A DNA stretch of 64,000 nt from an uncultured marine group I thaumarchaeote (GTDB lineage Archaea > Thermoproteota > Nitrososphaeria > Nitrososphaerales > Nitrosopumilaceae). The notes under the pieces were generated by a model that saw only the letters and a program-made list of their open reading frames with translations, was not told the DNA's origin and ran no database searches. Below, piece after piece: positions 48,013 to 58,309 of this stretch. How positions within the stretch are numbered: position 1 is the stretch's first letter; every line of letters begins with the position of its first letter. Location of the stretch: the NCBI GenBank assembly GCA_902552015.1, contig CACDFH010000003.1:3269-67268 (forward strand). Direction: 5' to 3'. The translations under genes were made by a program, and so were the position numbers.

Positions 48013-48318
48013 TTATGCATCGACATAAATGCCGTCATCTCTAACATCTACATCGTATTTTTTCAATTTGATGCCTTTTAGATAATCCATTAATTCTCCT
48101 GTCTTAATATTATAATGCCAAAAATGTAATGGACATTCTACAATATCTCCTTCAATTTTTCCTTCAGGTGCAATTGAACCATCTTGATGTTGACAAATAC
48201 CATCTAGAGCATGAAATCCATCTTGATTAAAAACTGCAATCTTTTTACCATCTACATCAAACTCTTTACTTCTTCCGGTTTGAATTTCTCCTTTCTCTGC
48301 AACTTTAGTCCATGTCAT
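48013..48318 (-). CDS. Rieske [2Fe-2S] ferredoxin
   Basis: CQH and CPLH ligands. Confidence 0.9.
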   Translation of the reverse strand: MTWTKVAEKGEIQTGRSKEFDVDGKKIAVFNQDGFHALDGICQHQDGSIAPEGKIEGDIVECPLHFWHYNIKTGELMDYLKGIKLKKYDVDVRDDGIYVDA

Positions 48319-48359
48319 CTATTGCTCTTGAAAATATCTGCTTTATTTACTTATTCTTA

Positions 48360-49598
48360 CTACCAGCTTTCTGCATACTTTCTTTGTTCTTTTGTTAAAG
48401 TATCTATCTTGACATTCATAGCCTTTAGTGCGTCTACTGCAATTTGTCTATCAATTTCTTTTGGAACAATCATTGTTTTTGTGCCCATTTTTTTATGATT
48501 TTTTAAGATATACAATAATGATAAAATTTGATTTGAAAATGATTGTGCCATGACTTCCGGTGGATGCCCTTCTGCTGCAACTAAATTTGCCAATCTGCCT
48601 TTTCCGATAAGATAGATTTTCTTTCCATTTCTTAAGATACATTCATCAAGTGATGGTCTTACCTCTCTTACTGATTTTGATTTTTCTAAGAGGAATTTTG
48701 TATCAATTTCAACATCAAAATGTCCTACGTTTCCAACAACTGCTCCATCTTTCATTGCAAGAAGATGTTCTTTTCTAATTACACTAGTCATTCCTGTGGT
48801 TGTAATGAAAATCTGTCCTACTTTTGCAGCTTGAGACATTGGCATAACATCAAATCCATCCATATGTGCTTCTAATGCTTTAACTGGATCAACTTCTGTA
48901 ACAATTACTTTTCCTCCCATTCCTCTAGATCTTTCTGCAACTCCTCTTCCGACCCATCCATAACCTACAACAACTATCTTTTTAGATGTAAACAATAATC
49001 CCATTGCTCTAAGATAACCATCAATTGTACTTTGGCCTGTACCATATCTATTGTCAAACATGTGTTTTGTATCTGCATCATTTACAATTATTACTGGATA
49101 CTTTAGTTTGCCTTGCTTTTCCATTGCTCTTACTCTGGTAACTCCTGCAGTTGTTTCTTCAGTAGAACCTAAAACTTTGAGAGATTTGAATTTTTTATCA
49201 AAATGTACTTTGACATTCATGTCTGCTCCATCATCGCAGATTAAACTTGGTTTATGGCTTAGTACTTGTTCAATACACCAGTCATATTCTTTGTTGGTTT
49301 GTCCATTCCATGCATAAATGTGAATTCCTTGTGTTGCAAGAAATGCAGCGATATGATCCTGGGTGGTTAGCGGATTTCCTCCACAAACTGCAACATTTGC
49401 ACCTAATTCTTTAGCGCCCATCACCAAAACTGATGTTTCTTTTGTAATATGGAGACAAAATGCTACTGTCACTCCTTTTAGTGGCTTTGATTTTTTTAAT
49501 CGATTTAATGTATTATCTAAAATATCCATATGAGTTCGTGCCCATTCATATGCAGTTTTACCTTGTTTTGCTAATTTTGGGTTTTTTACCTTACTCAA
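48360..49598 (-). CDS. ahcY: S-adenosylhomocysteine hydrolase
   Basis: EETTAGV, KHMFDNRYGTGQS, GYGWVG, GRLANL..AEGHP. Confidence 0.96.
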   Translation of the reverse strand: MSKVKNPKLAKQGKTAYEWARTHMDILDNTLNRLKKSKPLKGVTVAFCLHITKETSVLVMGAKELGANVAVCGGNPLTTQDHIAAFLATQGIHIYAWNGQTNKEYDWCIEQVLSHKPSLICDDGADMNVKVHFDKKFKSLKVLGSTEETTAGVTRVRAMEKQGKLKYPVIIVNDADTKHMFDNRYGTGQSTIDGYLRAMGLLFTSKKIVVVGYGWVGRGVAERSRGMGGKVIVTEVDPVKALEAHMDGFDVMPMSQAAKVGQIFITTTGMTSVIRKEHLLAMKDGAVVGNVGHFDVEIDTKFLLEKSKSVREVRPSLDECILRNGKKIYLIGKGRLANLVAAEGHPPEVMAQSFSNQILSLLYILKNHKKMGTKTMIVPKEIDRQIAVDALKAMNVKIDTLTKEQRKYAESW

Positions 49599-49671
49599 TA
49601 CATTACAAAATTCAAAATCTCTTTAAAAACCATACTAACCTTAATAGTTAAAAAAAATGTAGACATTTCAA

Positions 49672-51321
49672 ATGAACAAAAAAGCAATAATCACAAGTGC
49701 ACTACCATATTCAAACGGTGAAATACATCTTGGTCATGTTGCATCTACTTATCTGCCTGCTGATGTCACCACTCGTTTCTTAAAACAAAATGGTGTTGAA
49801 GCCTATTACGTCTGTGCATCTGATGATTTTGGAACTCCTATACTAATACAATCTGAAAAATTAGGTAAAACTCCTGAGGAATATGTTGAACATTGGAATA
49901 AACGTGATTACGAAGATTTCACCGCTTTTGATATTGGATTTGACTTTTTCTACAAAACAAGTTCGGAAGAAAATATAGCATTTGTCCAAGATGTTTTCAA
50001 AAAAATTGAAAAAAATGGGCATATCTACGAAAAAGAAATTATCCAATCTTTTTGTACTTCTTGTGACAAATTCCTTCCAGACCGATTTGTAAAGGGCACT
50101 TGCCCATTTTGTAATGCTGAAGATCAATACTCTGATTTATGTGAAAAATGTGGGCGTATTCCTGAAGAAATTGACAATCCTCATTGTTCAATATGTGGTG
50201 AAACACCTGTACAAAAATCAACCAATCATTATTTCTTTAAACTGAAAAATTTTTCTGAATCACTTTTGGAATATCTTGAAAATGCTCCACATCTTCAAAA
50301 AGATGTAAAAAAATATGTTGAAAATTGGATTAAAGAAGGACTAGTTGATTGGGATATTACTCGAGATATTCCATGGGGAGTGCCTATTCCAATTCATGGA
50401 TTAAAAGATAAAGTATTCTATGGTTGGTTTGATAATCATCTCGCGTACATTTCTTCTACGTTAAAATTTCTGAATGATAAAAATATTGATGGCAAAAGTT
50501 TTTGGAATGATGCTGACATTTATCATTTCATTGGTAAAGATATTGTTTATCATCATTATCTGTTTTTACCTGCAATGAGATTGGGGCTTGAAAAAGAATT
50601 CAAATTACCTGATTACATTCCAACTCGTGGTCATCTTACCCTTGAAGGCAAAAAAATATCGAAAAGCCGAAATTGGTATATCGGTCTAAAAGATTTCTTA
50701 GAAAAATTTCCTGCTGATTATTTACGGTTTTATCTTATATCCATAAACCCATATTCTCAAGATGATCTTAATTTTGATTGGGAACAATTTTCAACTAAGA
50801 TTAATTCTGAATTAATTGGTAATTTGGGAAATTTGGTTAACCGTGCTCTTGGATTTACAAACAAAACTTTTGATGGTGTTGTTCCTGAGCCTGAAAAATT
50901 CGATGAAAAAGACTCCGAGTCTGAACAAAAAATAAAATCTCTTGCTGAAGATATTGGCAAACTAATGGAAGAAAATCATCTGGATCGTGCATTAAAACAA
51001 CTAATGGAATTTTCTGCTCATTTCAACCAATACTTCCAACACAAGGAACCTTGGAAAAAAGGACCTGGAACTAACGCTTGCATATATCTATCTGTTAATG
51101 CTGTTCGTTCAATTGCAATATGCTTACATTCATTTTTACCAAAATCTTCACAAAAAATATGGTCTCAATTGGGATTGGATGGAAATGTTTCTGATGTACA
51201 TTGGAATGAAATGTCTAATTTAGAATTGAAATCTGGTCATAAAATTGGAACTACTGAACCAATATTTTCAAAAATTGAACAATCTATAATAGACGAAGAA
51301 CAATCTAAACTAGGAAACTAA
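49672..51321 (+). CDS. metG: methionyl-tRNA synthetase (no C-terminal tRNA-binding domain)
   Basis: ALPYSNG.IHLGH, Zn knuckles, WDITRD, KISKS. Confidence 0.96.
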   Translation: MNKKAIITSALPYSNGEIHLGHVASTYLPADVTTRFLKQNGVEAYYVCASDDFGTPILIQSEKLGKTPEEYVEHWNKRDYEDFTAFDIGFDFFYKTSSEENIAFVQDVFKKIEKNGHIYEKEIIQSFCTSCDKFLPDRFVKGTCPFCNAEDQYSDLCEKCGRIPEEIDNPHCSICGETPVQKSTNHYFFKLKNFSESLLEYLENAPHLQKDVKKYVENWIKEGLVDWDITRDIPWGVPIPIHGLKDKVFYGWFDNHLAYISSTLKFLNDKNIDGKSFWNDADIYHFIGKDIVYHHYLFLPAMRLGLEKEFKLPDYIPTRGHLTLEGKKISKSRNWYIGLKDFLEKFPADYLRFYLISINPYSQDDLNFDWEQFSTKINSELIGNLGNLVNRALGFTNKTFDGVVPEPEKFDEKDSESEQKIKSLAEDIGKLMEENHLDRALKQLMEFSAHFNQYFQHKEPWKKGPGTNACIYLSVNAVRSIAICLHSFLPKSSQKIWSQLGLDGNVSDVHWNEMSNLELKSGHKIGTTEPIFSKIEQSIIDEEQSKLGN

Positions 51322-51322
51322 A

Positions 51323-52081
51323 ATGATTGGAAAAATATTTCCAAAAATATCTACTAGAGGATTCTATGATCTAAAAACCGGAAAAACTCTCAAAAACATC
51401 TCATATGAAGCATACCCAAAAACAAGTTTTGAAAAAATCTCTCAAAACTCTGAAATTGTTATCATGATTCATGGTTTAAGAAATAACAAATCTGGTGCGT
51501 TAGCAAAATATGTGATTGCAGAAAAACGCTTGAAAACTCTGAATTACAAATACGATGTTGTTGGGTATAGTTATGATTCTAACACTGCAGGCGTACAATA
51601 CAAATCAACTGCACTTTCTGCATTGAAAGTAGGAGTCACAATTGCAAAAAAGAATGGAAAAAATCTTTCAAAATTCATCAAAGATTTAAAATCTAAGAAT
51701 CCCTCGATAAAAATTCGCTTAATGGGTCATTCATTGGGCGCACAAGTAATACTATCTACTATAGAGCTACTTGCAAAAAACTCTCAAAACTCTGGAATTA
51801 TTGAATCTGTACATCTATTCGGTGCATCAATTCCCGCAAATTCTTTATCACCAAAAATACATGGAAACAAGTTCCAAAAAATTGTAAATAAAAAAATCAT
51901 CAATTACTATAGCCCATATGATGATGTTCTCAAAGCTGCTCATGATGAAAAATGGGTTGATTCGCCAATTGGTTATCGTGGCGCATTAGGAGGTACTTGT
52001 AAAAAATATCATCAAAAACAAGTTCGCCCTCAAAACCATAGATTCGCAAGTTATGCAAAAACGATAAAGTCGTTTCCTTAA
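51323..52081 (+). CDS. alpha/beta hydrolase (DUF726/DUF900-like)
   Basis: IHG, GHSLG nucleophile elbow, YSPYDDVL, C-terminal His. Confidence 0.8.
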   Translation: MIGKIFPKISTRGFYDLKTGKTLKNISYEAYPKTSFEKISQNSEIVIMIHGLRNNKSGALAKYVIAEKRLKTLNYKYDVVGYSYDSNTAGVQYKSTALSALKVGVTIAKKNGKNLSKFIKDLKSKNPSIKIRLMGHSLGAQVILSTIELLAKNSQNSGIIESVHLFGASIPANSLSPKIHGNKFQKIVNKKIINYYSPYDDVLKAAHDEKWVDSPIGYRGALGGTCKKYHQKQVRPQNHRFASYAKTIKSFP

Positions 52082-52103
52082 ATTAAAAAGAGAATATGCA
52101 ATT

Positions 52104-52262
52104 TTAACACATTGCTTTTTCTTCGAGAATAAAGTATTTTGCGAGTTTAAGATATGTCTCACGTTCGAAGTCAGATATCTCTTCGTCACTACTATAGATT
52201 CTCTCAAACCAAGAAATTATGTTCTCGATATCTTTTGTAGAAAAAACTGTCATTTCTGGCAT
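52104..52262 (-). CDS. putative 52-aa protein MPEMTVFSTKDIENIISWFERIY...KAMC
   Basis: Hand-translated ATG..TAA ORF. Confidence 0.6.
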   Translation of the reverse strand: MPEMTVFSTKDIENIISWFERIYSSDEEISDFERETYLKLAKYFILEEKAMC

Positions 52263-52354
52263 AATGTACTACTAATTTCACTGGTATTTCATAATTTTAG
52301 TGAAAAACTTTGTCGATCAGTGTTGCTAAAAATCCATTCTTTAAAGATCTTTAG

Positions 52355-52410
52355 TGGAGTAGAAGAGAGATGTTACTCTAAATACTGATGTCAAATGAAC
52401 TCTCACTCCA
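52355..52410. other. intergenic stem-loop flanked by 11-bp direct repeats
   Basis: TGGAGT/ACTCCA plus GAGAG/CTCTC; TTTAAAGATCT at 52340-52350 and 52432-52442. Confidence 0.4.
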
Positions 52411-52443
52411 AGGTGTATTACAAAATTTCTATTTAAAGATCTA

Positions 52444-52719
52444 TTACGCTAATCGTTTAATCAAGTGATATCCGAATTGAGTTTTTACCGGTGGTGACAT
52501 CTCTCCAATTTCTAAATTAAATGCCACGTCCTCAAATTCTTTGACCATCATTCCTTTTGTAAAATATCCTAAATCTCCGTCTTTTTTTCCACTAGGACAT
52601 TTTGAAATATCTCTTGCAATTGCCCCGAATTTTTTTCCACTCTTAATTTCTTCATACAGTTTCATAGCTTCACTTTGTTTATCTACTAGAATGTGTGAAC
52701 ATTTTATTTTATTTGACAT
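52444..52719 (-). CDS. parvulin-type peptidyl-prolyl isomerase
   Basis: CSHILV, SKCPS...[20 protein letters not shown]. Confidence 0.94.
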   Translation of the reverse strand: MSNKIKCSHILVDKQSEAMKLYEEIKSGKKFGAIARDISKCPSGKKDGDLGYFTKGMMVKEFEDVAFNLEIGEMSPPVKTQFGYHLIKRLA

Positions 52720-53006
52720 TATTTTTCAAAAATCCTCTCTCTTATTTGTGGAACGCGTTTGTATGCCATATCTCTAACTTGCATTTGATCCTGTGGTGTA
52801 GGGTTTCCTCCTTTCATTTGTGCAAGTGCTGCAACACCTAATCCCAAAATCTGGCCCATAATTAATCCAAAAACAAATTCTTTTGGATCTTTAATTTTCA
52901 AAATCTCATTACTAGCTTCTATCTCCTTGTAATATGCTTCTACATTCATGAGCGCCATTTCGATAGTCTGATCCACCATTCCTTGTAATTGTTCTTCGGC
53001 ACTCAT
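52719..53006 (-). CDS. hypothetical protein
   Basis: Stop overlaps the parvulin start; EFVFGLIMG motif. Confidence 0.75.
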   Translation of the reverse strand: MSAEEQLQGMVDQTIEMALMNVEAYYKEIEASNEILKIKDPKEFVFGLIMGQILGLGVAALAQMKGGNPTPQDQMQVRDMAYKRVPQIRERIFEK

Positions 53007-53082
53007 ATTCTATACCTGTTTTTGATGAATAAATAAGTAATTGCATCAAGATATCTTTTAATTAAAGAATTCAAACATCACG

Positions 53083-53487
53083 ATGTTGTTCAAATACTTT
53101 ACAGTACAGACTGCCAATGAAGTTTTGCCTCTTGTTATACAAAAATATGATAATATCAAAAAACAAAAAATGGAAGTAATTAAAGCCGAACAGCAACTTC
53201 AGGTCACATTATCTGACAATAATACATTTGAAGAATATGTTGTGTTAAAACAAAAACTCAATGAAGAATTATCAAAATTCTATAAAACTATTGAAGAATT
53301 AGAAGAAATTGGAGTTGTCATGAAAGGATTAGATCAAGGCCTTCTAGATTTTCCCTCAAAAAGATTTGATGAGGAAGTTTGGCTTTGTTGGAAAGAAGGC
53401 GAAAAAGAAATAAAATTTTGGCACGAAAAAGATTCTGGATTTAATGGAAGAAAACCAATCAGTGTTGACACTGAATCATTAATCTAA
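53083..53487 (+). CDS. DUF2203 family protein
   Basis: FT..AN..LP, GLLDFP, LCWKEGE..I.FWH...GF.GRKP. Confidence 0.85.
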   Translation: MLFKYFTVQTANEVLPLVIQKYDNIKKQKMEVIKAEQQLQVTLSDNNTFEEYVVLKQKLNEELSKFYKTIEELEEIGVVMKGLDQGLLDFPSKRFDEEVWLCWKEGEKEIKFWHEKDSGFNGRKPISVDTESLI

Positions 53488-54371
53488 TGCTTTCTGTCTG
53501 GTTACGAGCAATACGTGTAAAATTTCTCTTAGCATCTGTTATTGCTGTCTCTCTTGGTTTATCTCTTGCATGGTATTCTGGTCATTCAATTGACATTATA
53601 CATGCATTTTTGACATTTGCTGGAGTAATTTCTCTTCATGCTAGTGTAGATCTACTAAATGATTATTGGGATTTCAAGCGTGGTATTGATACTAAAACAA
53701 AGCGAACCAAAATGAGTGGTGGCACTGGTGTCTTACCTGAAGGACTATTAAAACCAAAATCGGTTTACATCGTTGGTATTGCATTTCTTATCTTAGGTGC
53801 AATTATTGGAATCTATTTTGTTATAATTTTTGGAATTACAATTGGATTGATTCTTGGATTTGCAATACTCTCTGTAATTTTTTATTCTACAAAGATTGTG
53901 AATTGGGGATTAGCCGAAGTATTTGTAACAATTAAGGGCACTTTGATTATAATTGGAACATATTTCATTCAGTCTCAAACTATTGATGATTTCACAATAC
54001 TTGCAGGAATTGTGGTGGGAATTTTCTCTTCATTAGTTCTGTATGTGGCATCAATACCTGATCATGACATTGATAAAGAAAAAGGACGACGAACACTGAT
54101 CATAATTTTTGGTAAAACAAATGCGGTTAAGACATTTCTAATATTTCCAATACTGGCATATGGAATCATAATTTATGGTGTGATTTCTGGATTATTTCCT
54201 ATTTACAGCCTGATTGTTCTATTAGCTAAACCGTTCCTAATTCTGGCACTATTGCATTTGAAGGATTTTGAAAAGTCTGAAAATATTTTGATTAGTTCTA
54301 TGACCAACACACTTTATTTTAGCAGAATTGCTGGTGCACTATTCATTATTTCATTTTTGATAGGATTTTAA
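53487..54371 (+). CDS. UbiA/MenA-type prenyltransferase
   Basis: NDYWDFKRGID, PDHDID...GRRTL, multiple TM helices. Confidence 0.85.
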   Translation: MLSVWLRAIRVKFLLASVIAVSLGLSLAWYSGHSIDIIHAFLTFAGVISLHASVDLLNDYWDFKRGIDTKTKRTKMSGGTGVLPEGLLKPKSVYIVGIAFLILGAIIGIYFVIIFGITIGLILGFAILSVIFYSTKIVNWGLAEVFVTIKGTLIIIGTYFIQSQTIDDFTILAGIVVGIFSSLVLYVASIPDHDIDKEKGRRTLIIIFGKTNAVKTFLIFPILAYGIIIYGVISGLFPIYSLIVLLAKPFLILALLHLKDFEKSENILISSMTNTLYFSRIAGALFIISFLIGF

Positions 54372-54396
54372 GTAATGAAATGTTGTGTAATTTAGA

Positions 54397-55491
54397 ATGA
54401 TTTCTGGCTATGCAACAACTGAAGGTACAAAGTCTTTTTCTGAAAAATTCCTTACTGCAAATTATAATTCATTTCAAAATTTACATCTATCAAATGTTGG
54501 GATTGGAACATATCTTGGTGAACCTGATTCACAAACTGACGCGATAGTCAAAGATGCTGTAAAAAAATCAATTTTATCTGGAATTAATGTAATTGACACT
54601 GCAATAAATTATCGTGCTCAGAAATCTGAACGAAGTATAGGAATTGCATTATCTGAATTACTTGATGAGAATCTAATCAAAAGAGAAGAGATATTCATCT
54701 GTACAAAAAATGGCTATGTTACAAATGATGGAGATATTCAAGAAGATTTTATGCAATATATCATGCGTGAATTAGGTAAACCTGGAATTGTCAAAGAAGG
54801 AGATATCTCTTCAGGCTATCACTGCATGACTATTCCTTATCTTCAGGATCAGCTTGAGCGTAGTTTGAAAAATCTAAACCTTGAGTGTATTGATCTGATG
54901 TATCTTCATAATGCAGTTGAGGGTCATCCTGAAATGTCTAAATCGCAATTCTTAGAAAATTTGAAAAAAGTTTTTGAATTTTATGAAGAAAAACGCAAAG
55001 AAGGAAAAATTAGATTTTATGGTTTAGCAACGTGGGAGTGTTTTAGAGCCACTTTTGACAATGCGATGTTTCTTTCTTTAGAAGATGTGGTTAAACTTGC
55101 ACAAGATGTAGGTGGAAACGAACATGGATTTAGATTCATACAACTACCTTTCAATTTACATTATGATCAAGCGATGCTTTTGAAAAACCAAATTGTGAAT
55201 GGAACAAAAAAATCTATTTTAGATTCTGCAGTTGAATTAGGAATTGGAGTATTTACTAGTGTTCCATTGATGCAAGGACGACTTTTAGAATGGGCAAAAT
55301 CAAAACCTCTTTTTGCAGACTCATCTCCGTCTGTAGGTCTTTTACAATTCATTCGTTCTACTCCTGGAGTTCTTGCACCATTAATTGGTCAAAAATCTAA
55401 TACACATGTAGATGAAAATCTTCAAATCATGAAAATTAATTCAATGTTGCAGCCTGAATATGATGAATTTGTAAAAAAATTAGTTTCTTAA
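54397..55491 (+). CDS. aldo/keto reductase
   Basis: GIGTYLG, IDTAINY, IDLMYLHN, GKIRFYG. Confidence 0.9.
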   Translation: MISGYATTEGTKSFSEKFLTANYNSFQNLHLSNVGIGTYLGEPDSQTDAIVKDAVKKSILSGINVIDTAINYRAQKSERSIGIALSELLDENLIKREEIFICTKNGYVTNDGDIQEDFMQYIMRELGKPGIVKEGDISSGYHCMTIPYLQDQLERSLKNLNLECIDLMYLHNAVEGHPEMSKSQFLENLKKVFEFYEEKRKEGKIRFYGLATWECFRATFDNAMFLSLEDVVKLAQDVGGNEHGFRFIQLPFNLHYDQAMLLKNQIVNGTKKSILDSAVELGIGVFTSVPLMQGRLLEWAKSKPLFADSSPSVGLLQFIRSTPGVLAPLIGQKSNTHVDENLQIMKINSMLQPEYDEFVKKLVS

Positions 55492-55659
55492 TCAAACACA
55501 ACATAACATGTTTTTCAATTTTTCAATTTGTATTGCATAATCGCAATTTTTACAAACAATCCAGTTTTTGGTTTTCATTAGCATTTCCAAACAGTTGTAT
55601 TCAGTCATAAACAATTTCTGTTTTTTACATTCCGGACATACACCAAAAAGTTTTTTCAT
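55492..55659 (-). CDS. putative 55-aa zinc-ribbon protein MKKLFGVCPECK...VCKNCDY...MLCCV
   Basis: Hand-translated; two CxxC pairs. Confidence 0.65.
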   Translation of the reverse strand: MKKLFGVCPECKKQKLFMTEYNCLEMLMKTKNWIVCKNCDYAIQIEKLKNMLCCV

Positions 55660-55755
55660 GTACTAGATTCCTTTTTTTCCATATAAGACATTCTTATGAT
55701 TAATGAGTTCTACCTGTTTAGATAAATAGAAATACGACCCTAATTGCAAAAAACC

Positions 55756-55908
55756 ATGAAAGTTACAGATCCTGTCTGTGGTCTTGAATTTGATGAGGAT
55801 CTATCTGTAACTCATGATTACAATTCAAAAAAATATCATTTCTGTTGTGATGGATGCAAAAAAATCTTCATCAAAAAACCAAAAAAATGGTCAAAAAAAT
55901 CTAAATGA
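55756..55908 (+). CDS. YHS/TRASH metal-binding protein (50 aa)
   Basis: Hand-translated MKVTDPVCG...YHFCCDGCKKIF...P. Confidence 0.85.
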   Translation: MKVTDPVCGLEFDEDLSVTHDYNSKKYHFCCDGCKKIFIKKPKKWSKKSK

Positions 55909-56848
55909 TTGGAAACTTACCGCACATTCTACAAAATCTAGAGTTTACACCAATTTCATAATTACAATCTGGACATCTATTATCTGAATCTGATTTTTTA
56001 ACAGAATTTGATTTTCTAAAGCATTCGTAATAGTGCAATGATTCTTTAGTTCTGATATATACTCCGTCTTCTTCTAAAATTTTTGCCTTTTTTTGTGTAA
56101 AAATCTCGTCTGTAATTATTGTATTAAATAATCCTGTTAGATTATTTGTACCCGATCCGTCTTGCATAGGTGATTTTTCTCTCCACGTGATATTGTTTGG
56201 TAAATATTCCTCAAATGTTTCTCTTAGTATCCATTTTCCAAATTTTTTACCTTCTTTGGAATTAATTTTTTTTGAAACTGGTAACTCATCTGAAAATTTT
56301 ATCATATCTTCATTCAAAAATGGTGTTTCAACTTCCATGTCCAATGATCTTGCAATATCTTTTGATGGAAAGTGCATGATTTTTTTAATTCGTTTTAGTT
56401 CATCTTCTATTTCATTATCTGATTTTTTTAAAAGAAAATTATATCCTCCAAAAACTTCATCTGCTCCATCTCCAGTGATTACAGAATTGACTCCTTTGTT
56501 TTTTAATGTGGTAAGGTAAATGTATGGCACAATTGAATTACGTATTTCTATGTCGTTAAAATTACCTAAAATTTTGATTGTTTCGTTAATTGAATCTAGT
56601 ACTTCTTCCATGTTTACTTGAATTAATGATAATGACAATCCTACATGTTTGGCAATTATCTGTGCAAAAGTTAGATCTGTACCTAAGAAATCTTTGGTGA
56701 TTATTGTCATTGTCTGTGGTTTTTGATCTTTCCGTAAGTGTGCCAATATACTACTATCTAATCCTCCTGATAGTGCAATCCAATCTGATTTACATTCTCT
56801 TACTGCATTTTCTAAAATCTCCATGCATTGTTTTGTTTCTGTGTTCAT
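55901..56848 (-). CDS. asparagine-synthase C-terminal-domain (PP-loop) protein with C-terminal zinc ribbon
   Basis: LSGGLDSS, TGDGADEVFGGY, KWILR, REK..MQDGSG, CPDC..CRMCG. Confidence 0.82.
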   Translation of the reverse strand: MNTETKQCMEILENAVRECKSDWIALSGGLDSSILAHLRKDQKPQTMTIITKDFLGTDLTFAQIIAKHVGLSLSLIQVNMEEVLDSINETIKILGNFNDIEIRNSIVPYIYLTTLKNKGVNSVITGDGADEVFGGYNFLLKKSDNEIEDELKRIKKIMHFPSKDIARSLDMEVETPFLNEDMIKFSDELPVSKKINSKEGKKFGKWILRETFEEYLPNNITWREKSPMQDGSGTNNLTGLFNTIITDEIFTQKKAKILEEDGVYIRTKESLHYYECFRKSNSVKKSDSDNRCPDCNYEIGVNSRFCRMCGKFPII

Positions 56849-56951
56849 GTTCTAACCTAATGGTATTTCAAATAAAAATTTGTTAATTCATTAAGAGATA
56901 GTTTCAGCTAATTTCAGCCGAACTTATAAGGTAATTATGATAACACCATTC

Positions 56952-57368
56952 ATGTTACTACCTGCAGAAATTGAATCAAAAACATTGATTCCTGCTTTAC
57001 GTGCAATACTTGCAAAAAATTTAGCTGAGAAACATGAAGTTCGTGAAGATGAGATCTCAAAAATGTTAGGTGTTACACAAGCTGCAATTAGTAATTACAT
57101 TCGTGGAACTCGTGGTGATCCTGAATTAATTAAAAAATTGGCTGCTGAGAAACAAGTATCTGAAATGATTGATGAGATAGCTACAGACCTATCCTCTGAT
57201 ATGGCTTATTCTCCTTCAAGTTTATCCAAATTCATCGGTCTTTGTAATTACATTAAAACAAGTCTCTTGATTTGTGACATTCACCACAATTTAGAATCTG
57301 ATATCGATGAAGCAATATGTAAGGAATGTGAAAACATGCTTCTTAAAGGACCTGGTAGCGTCTACTAG
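56952..57368 (+). CDS. HTH transcriptional regulator
   Basis: EISKMLGVTQAAISNY..GTRG HTH; C-terminal C..H...C..C. Confidence 0.85.
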   Translation: MLLPAEIESKTLIPALRAILAKNLAEKHEVREDEISKMLGVTQAAISNYIRGTRGDPELIKKLAAEKQVSEMIDEIATDLSSDMAYSPSSLSKFIGLCNYIKTSLLICDIHHNLESDIDEAICKECENMLLKGPGSVY

Positions 57369-57664
57369 TTCTTTATTACAACAATTTCTATATTTGAAAT
57401 CATCTGTCCATCTTCTTCTGAAATAACACTATCCAACTTAATATCCTCAATCTTTGAATTTCCTTTTAACATATTTTCTGTTACGATATTTGCAACTGCT
57501 ACTGCGTTTGGTATTAAATTTCCTTTAGCCATCAAAACAACTCTTTTGCTTGCTGATAATGCTGTTAAAACGTCTAATGCGCTTGCCATTACTGATTCAT
57601 CTTTTACAAAAAAACTATCTTTATCTAGATTATTTTCTGATCGTTCAACTTCTTGTAATTCCAT
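57365..57664 (-). CDS. Alba-like DNA/RNA-binding protein
   Basis: LMAKG..IPNAVAVA...ISNIEI (Alba signature-like). Confidence 0.72.
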   Translation of the reverse strand: MELQEVERSENNLDKDSFFVKDESVMASALDVLTALSASKRVVLMAKGNLIPNAVAVANIVTENMLKGNSKIEDIKLDSVISEEDGQMISNIEIVVIKN

Positions 57665-57713
57665 CTTAATTGTAATCTTCTTGAACTTCTTTTAAATTTT
57701 ATAGACGAATCGT

Positions 57714-58259
57714 CTATTCTTTGAAATCAAATAATGGTATATTTTGATAATCGCCATTAGGTAATACACGTCTTATGGTAATTGGGATTACTCTTTCTTC
57801 AAGTTCTTTCATGGATATGTCTAATGAAGTTGCAGCGCTAACAGGTATGTCTATGAAAGGTGGTGCTCCTTGTGATAATTGTAATGCACGTGCTCCCATG
57901 ATTCTTGCTTTTTCAAATCTTGTTAATGTTGGAGGGCCCATCAATATTTTTCCATCTGCTGATAATTCTATTGCTTCGTGATGTTCATCTACATCGATAA
58001 TTTCTCTTTGTCTAATTGCTTCGCATTCTTTTTCCAAGTCTTCAAGTTCTTTATCAGTTAATTCTTTTTTACCTTCTTTGATTTTTCTATAATTTTCAAT
58101 TGCTTTTTCCATTGTTGCATGAACGCTAACTTCTGCATCTGGATCAATTTCTTCAGTTTCTGGTGTGATTATTTCGTCTATTTTTGCTTCTTCAATAAGT
58201 GGAGCTGGTTCCTCCTCTTTTTCTTCGGTTGTAACTGGTGTTTCTTCAGGCTCTGACAA
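57714..58259 (-). CDS. rpo6: RNA polymerase subunit Rpo6 (RpoK) with long acidic N-terminal extension
   Basis: LTRFEKARIMGARALQLSQGAP, IPITIRR.LP. Confidence 0.92.
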   Translation of the reverse strand: MSEPEETPVTTEEKEEEPAPLIEEAKIDEIITPETEEIDPDAEVSVHATMEKAIENYRKIKEGKKELTDKELEDLEKECEAIRQREIIDVDEHHEAIELSADGKILMGPPTLTRFEKARIMGARALQLSQGAPPFIDIPVSAATSLDISMKELEERVIPITIRRVLPNGDYQNIPLFDFKE

Positions 58260-58309
58260 GTAAACTAATTGAAAAATGCCAATATATAATCCAAAGCTTA
58301 CATTTCATT

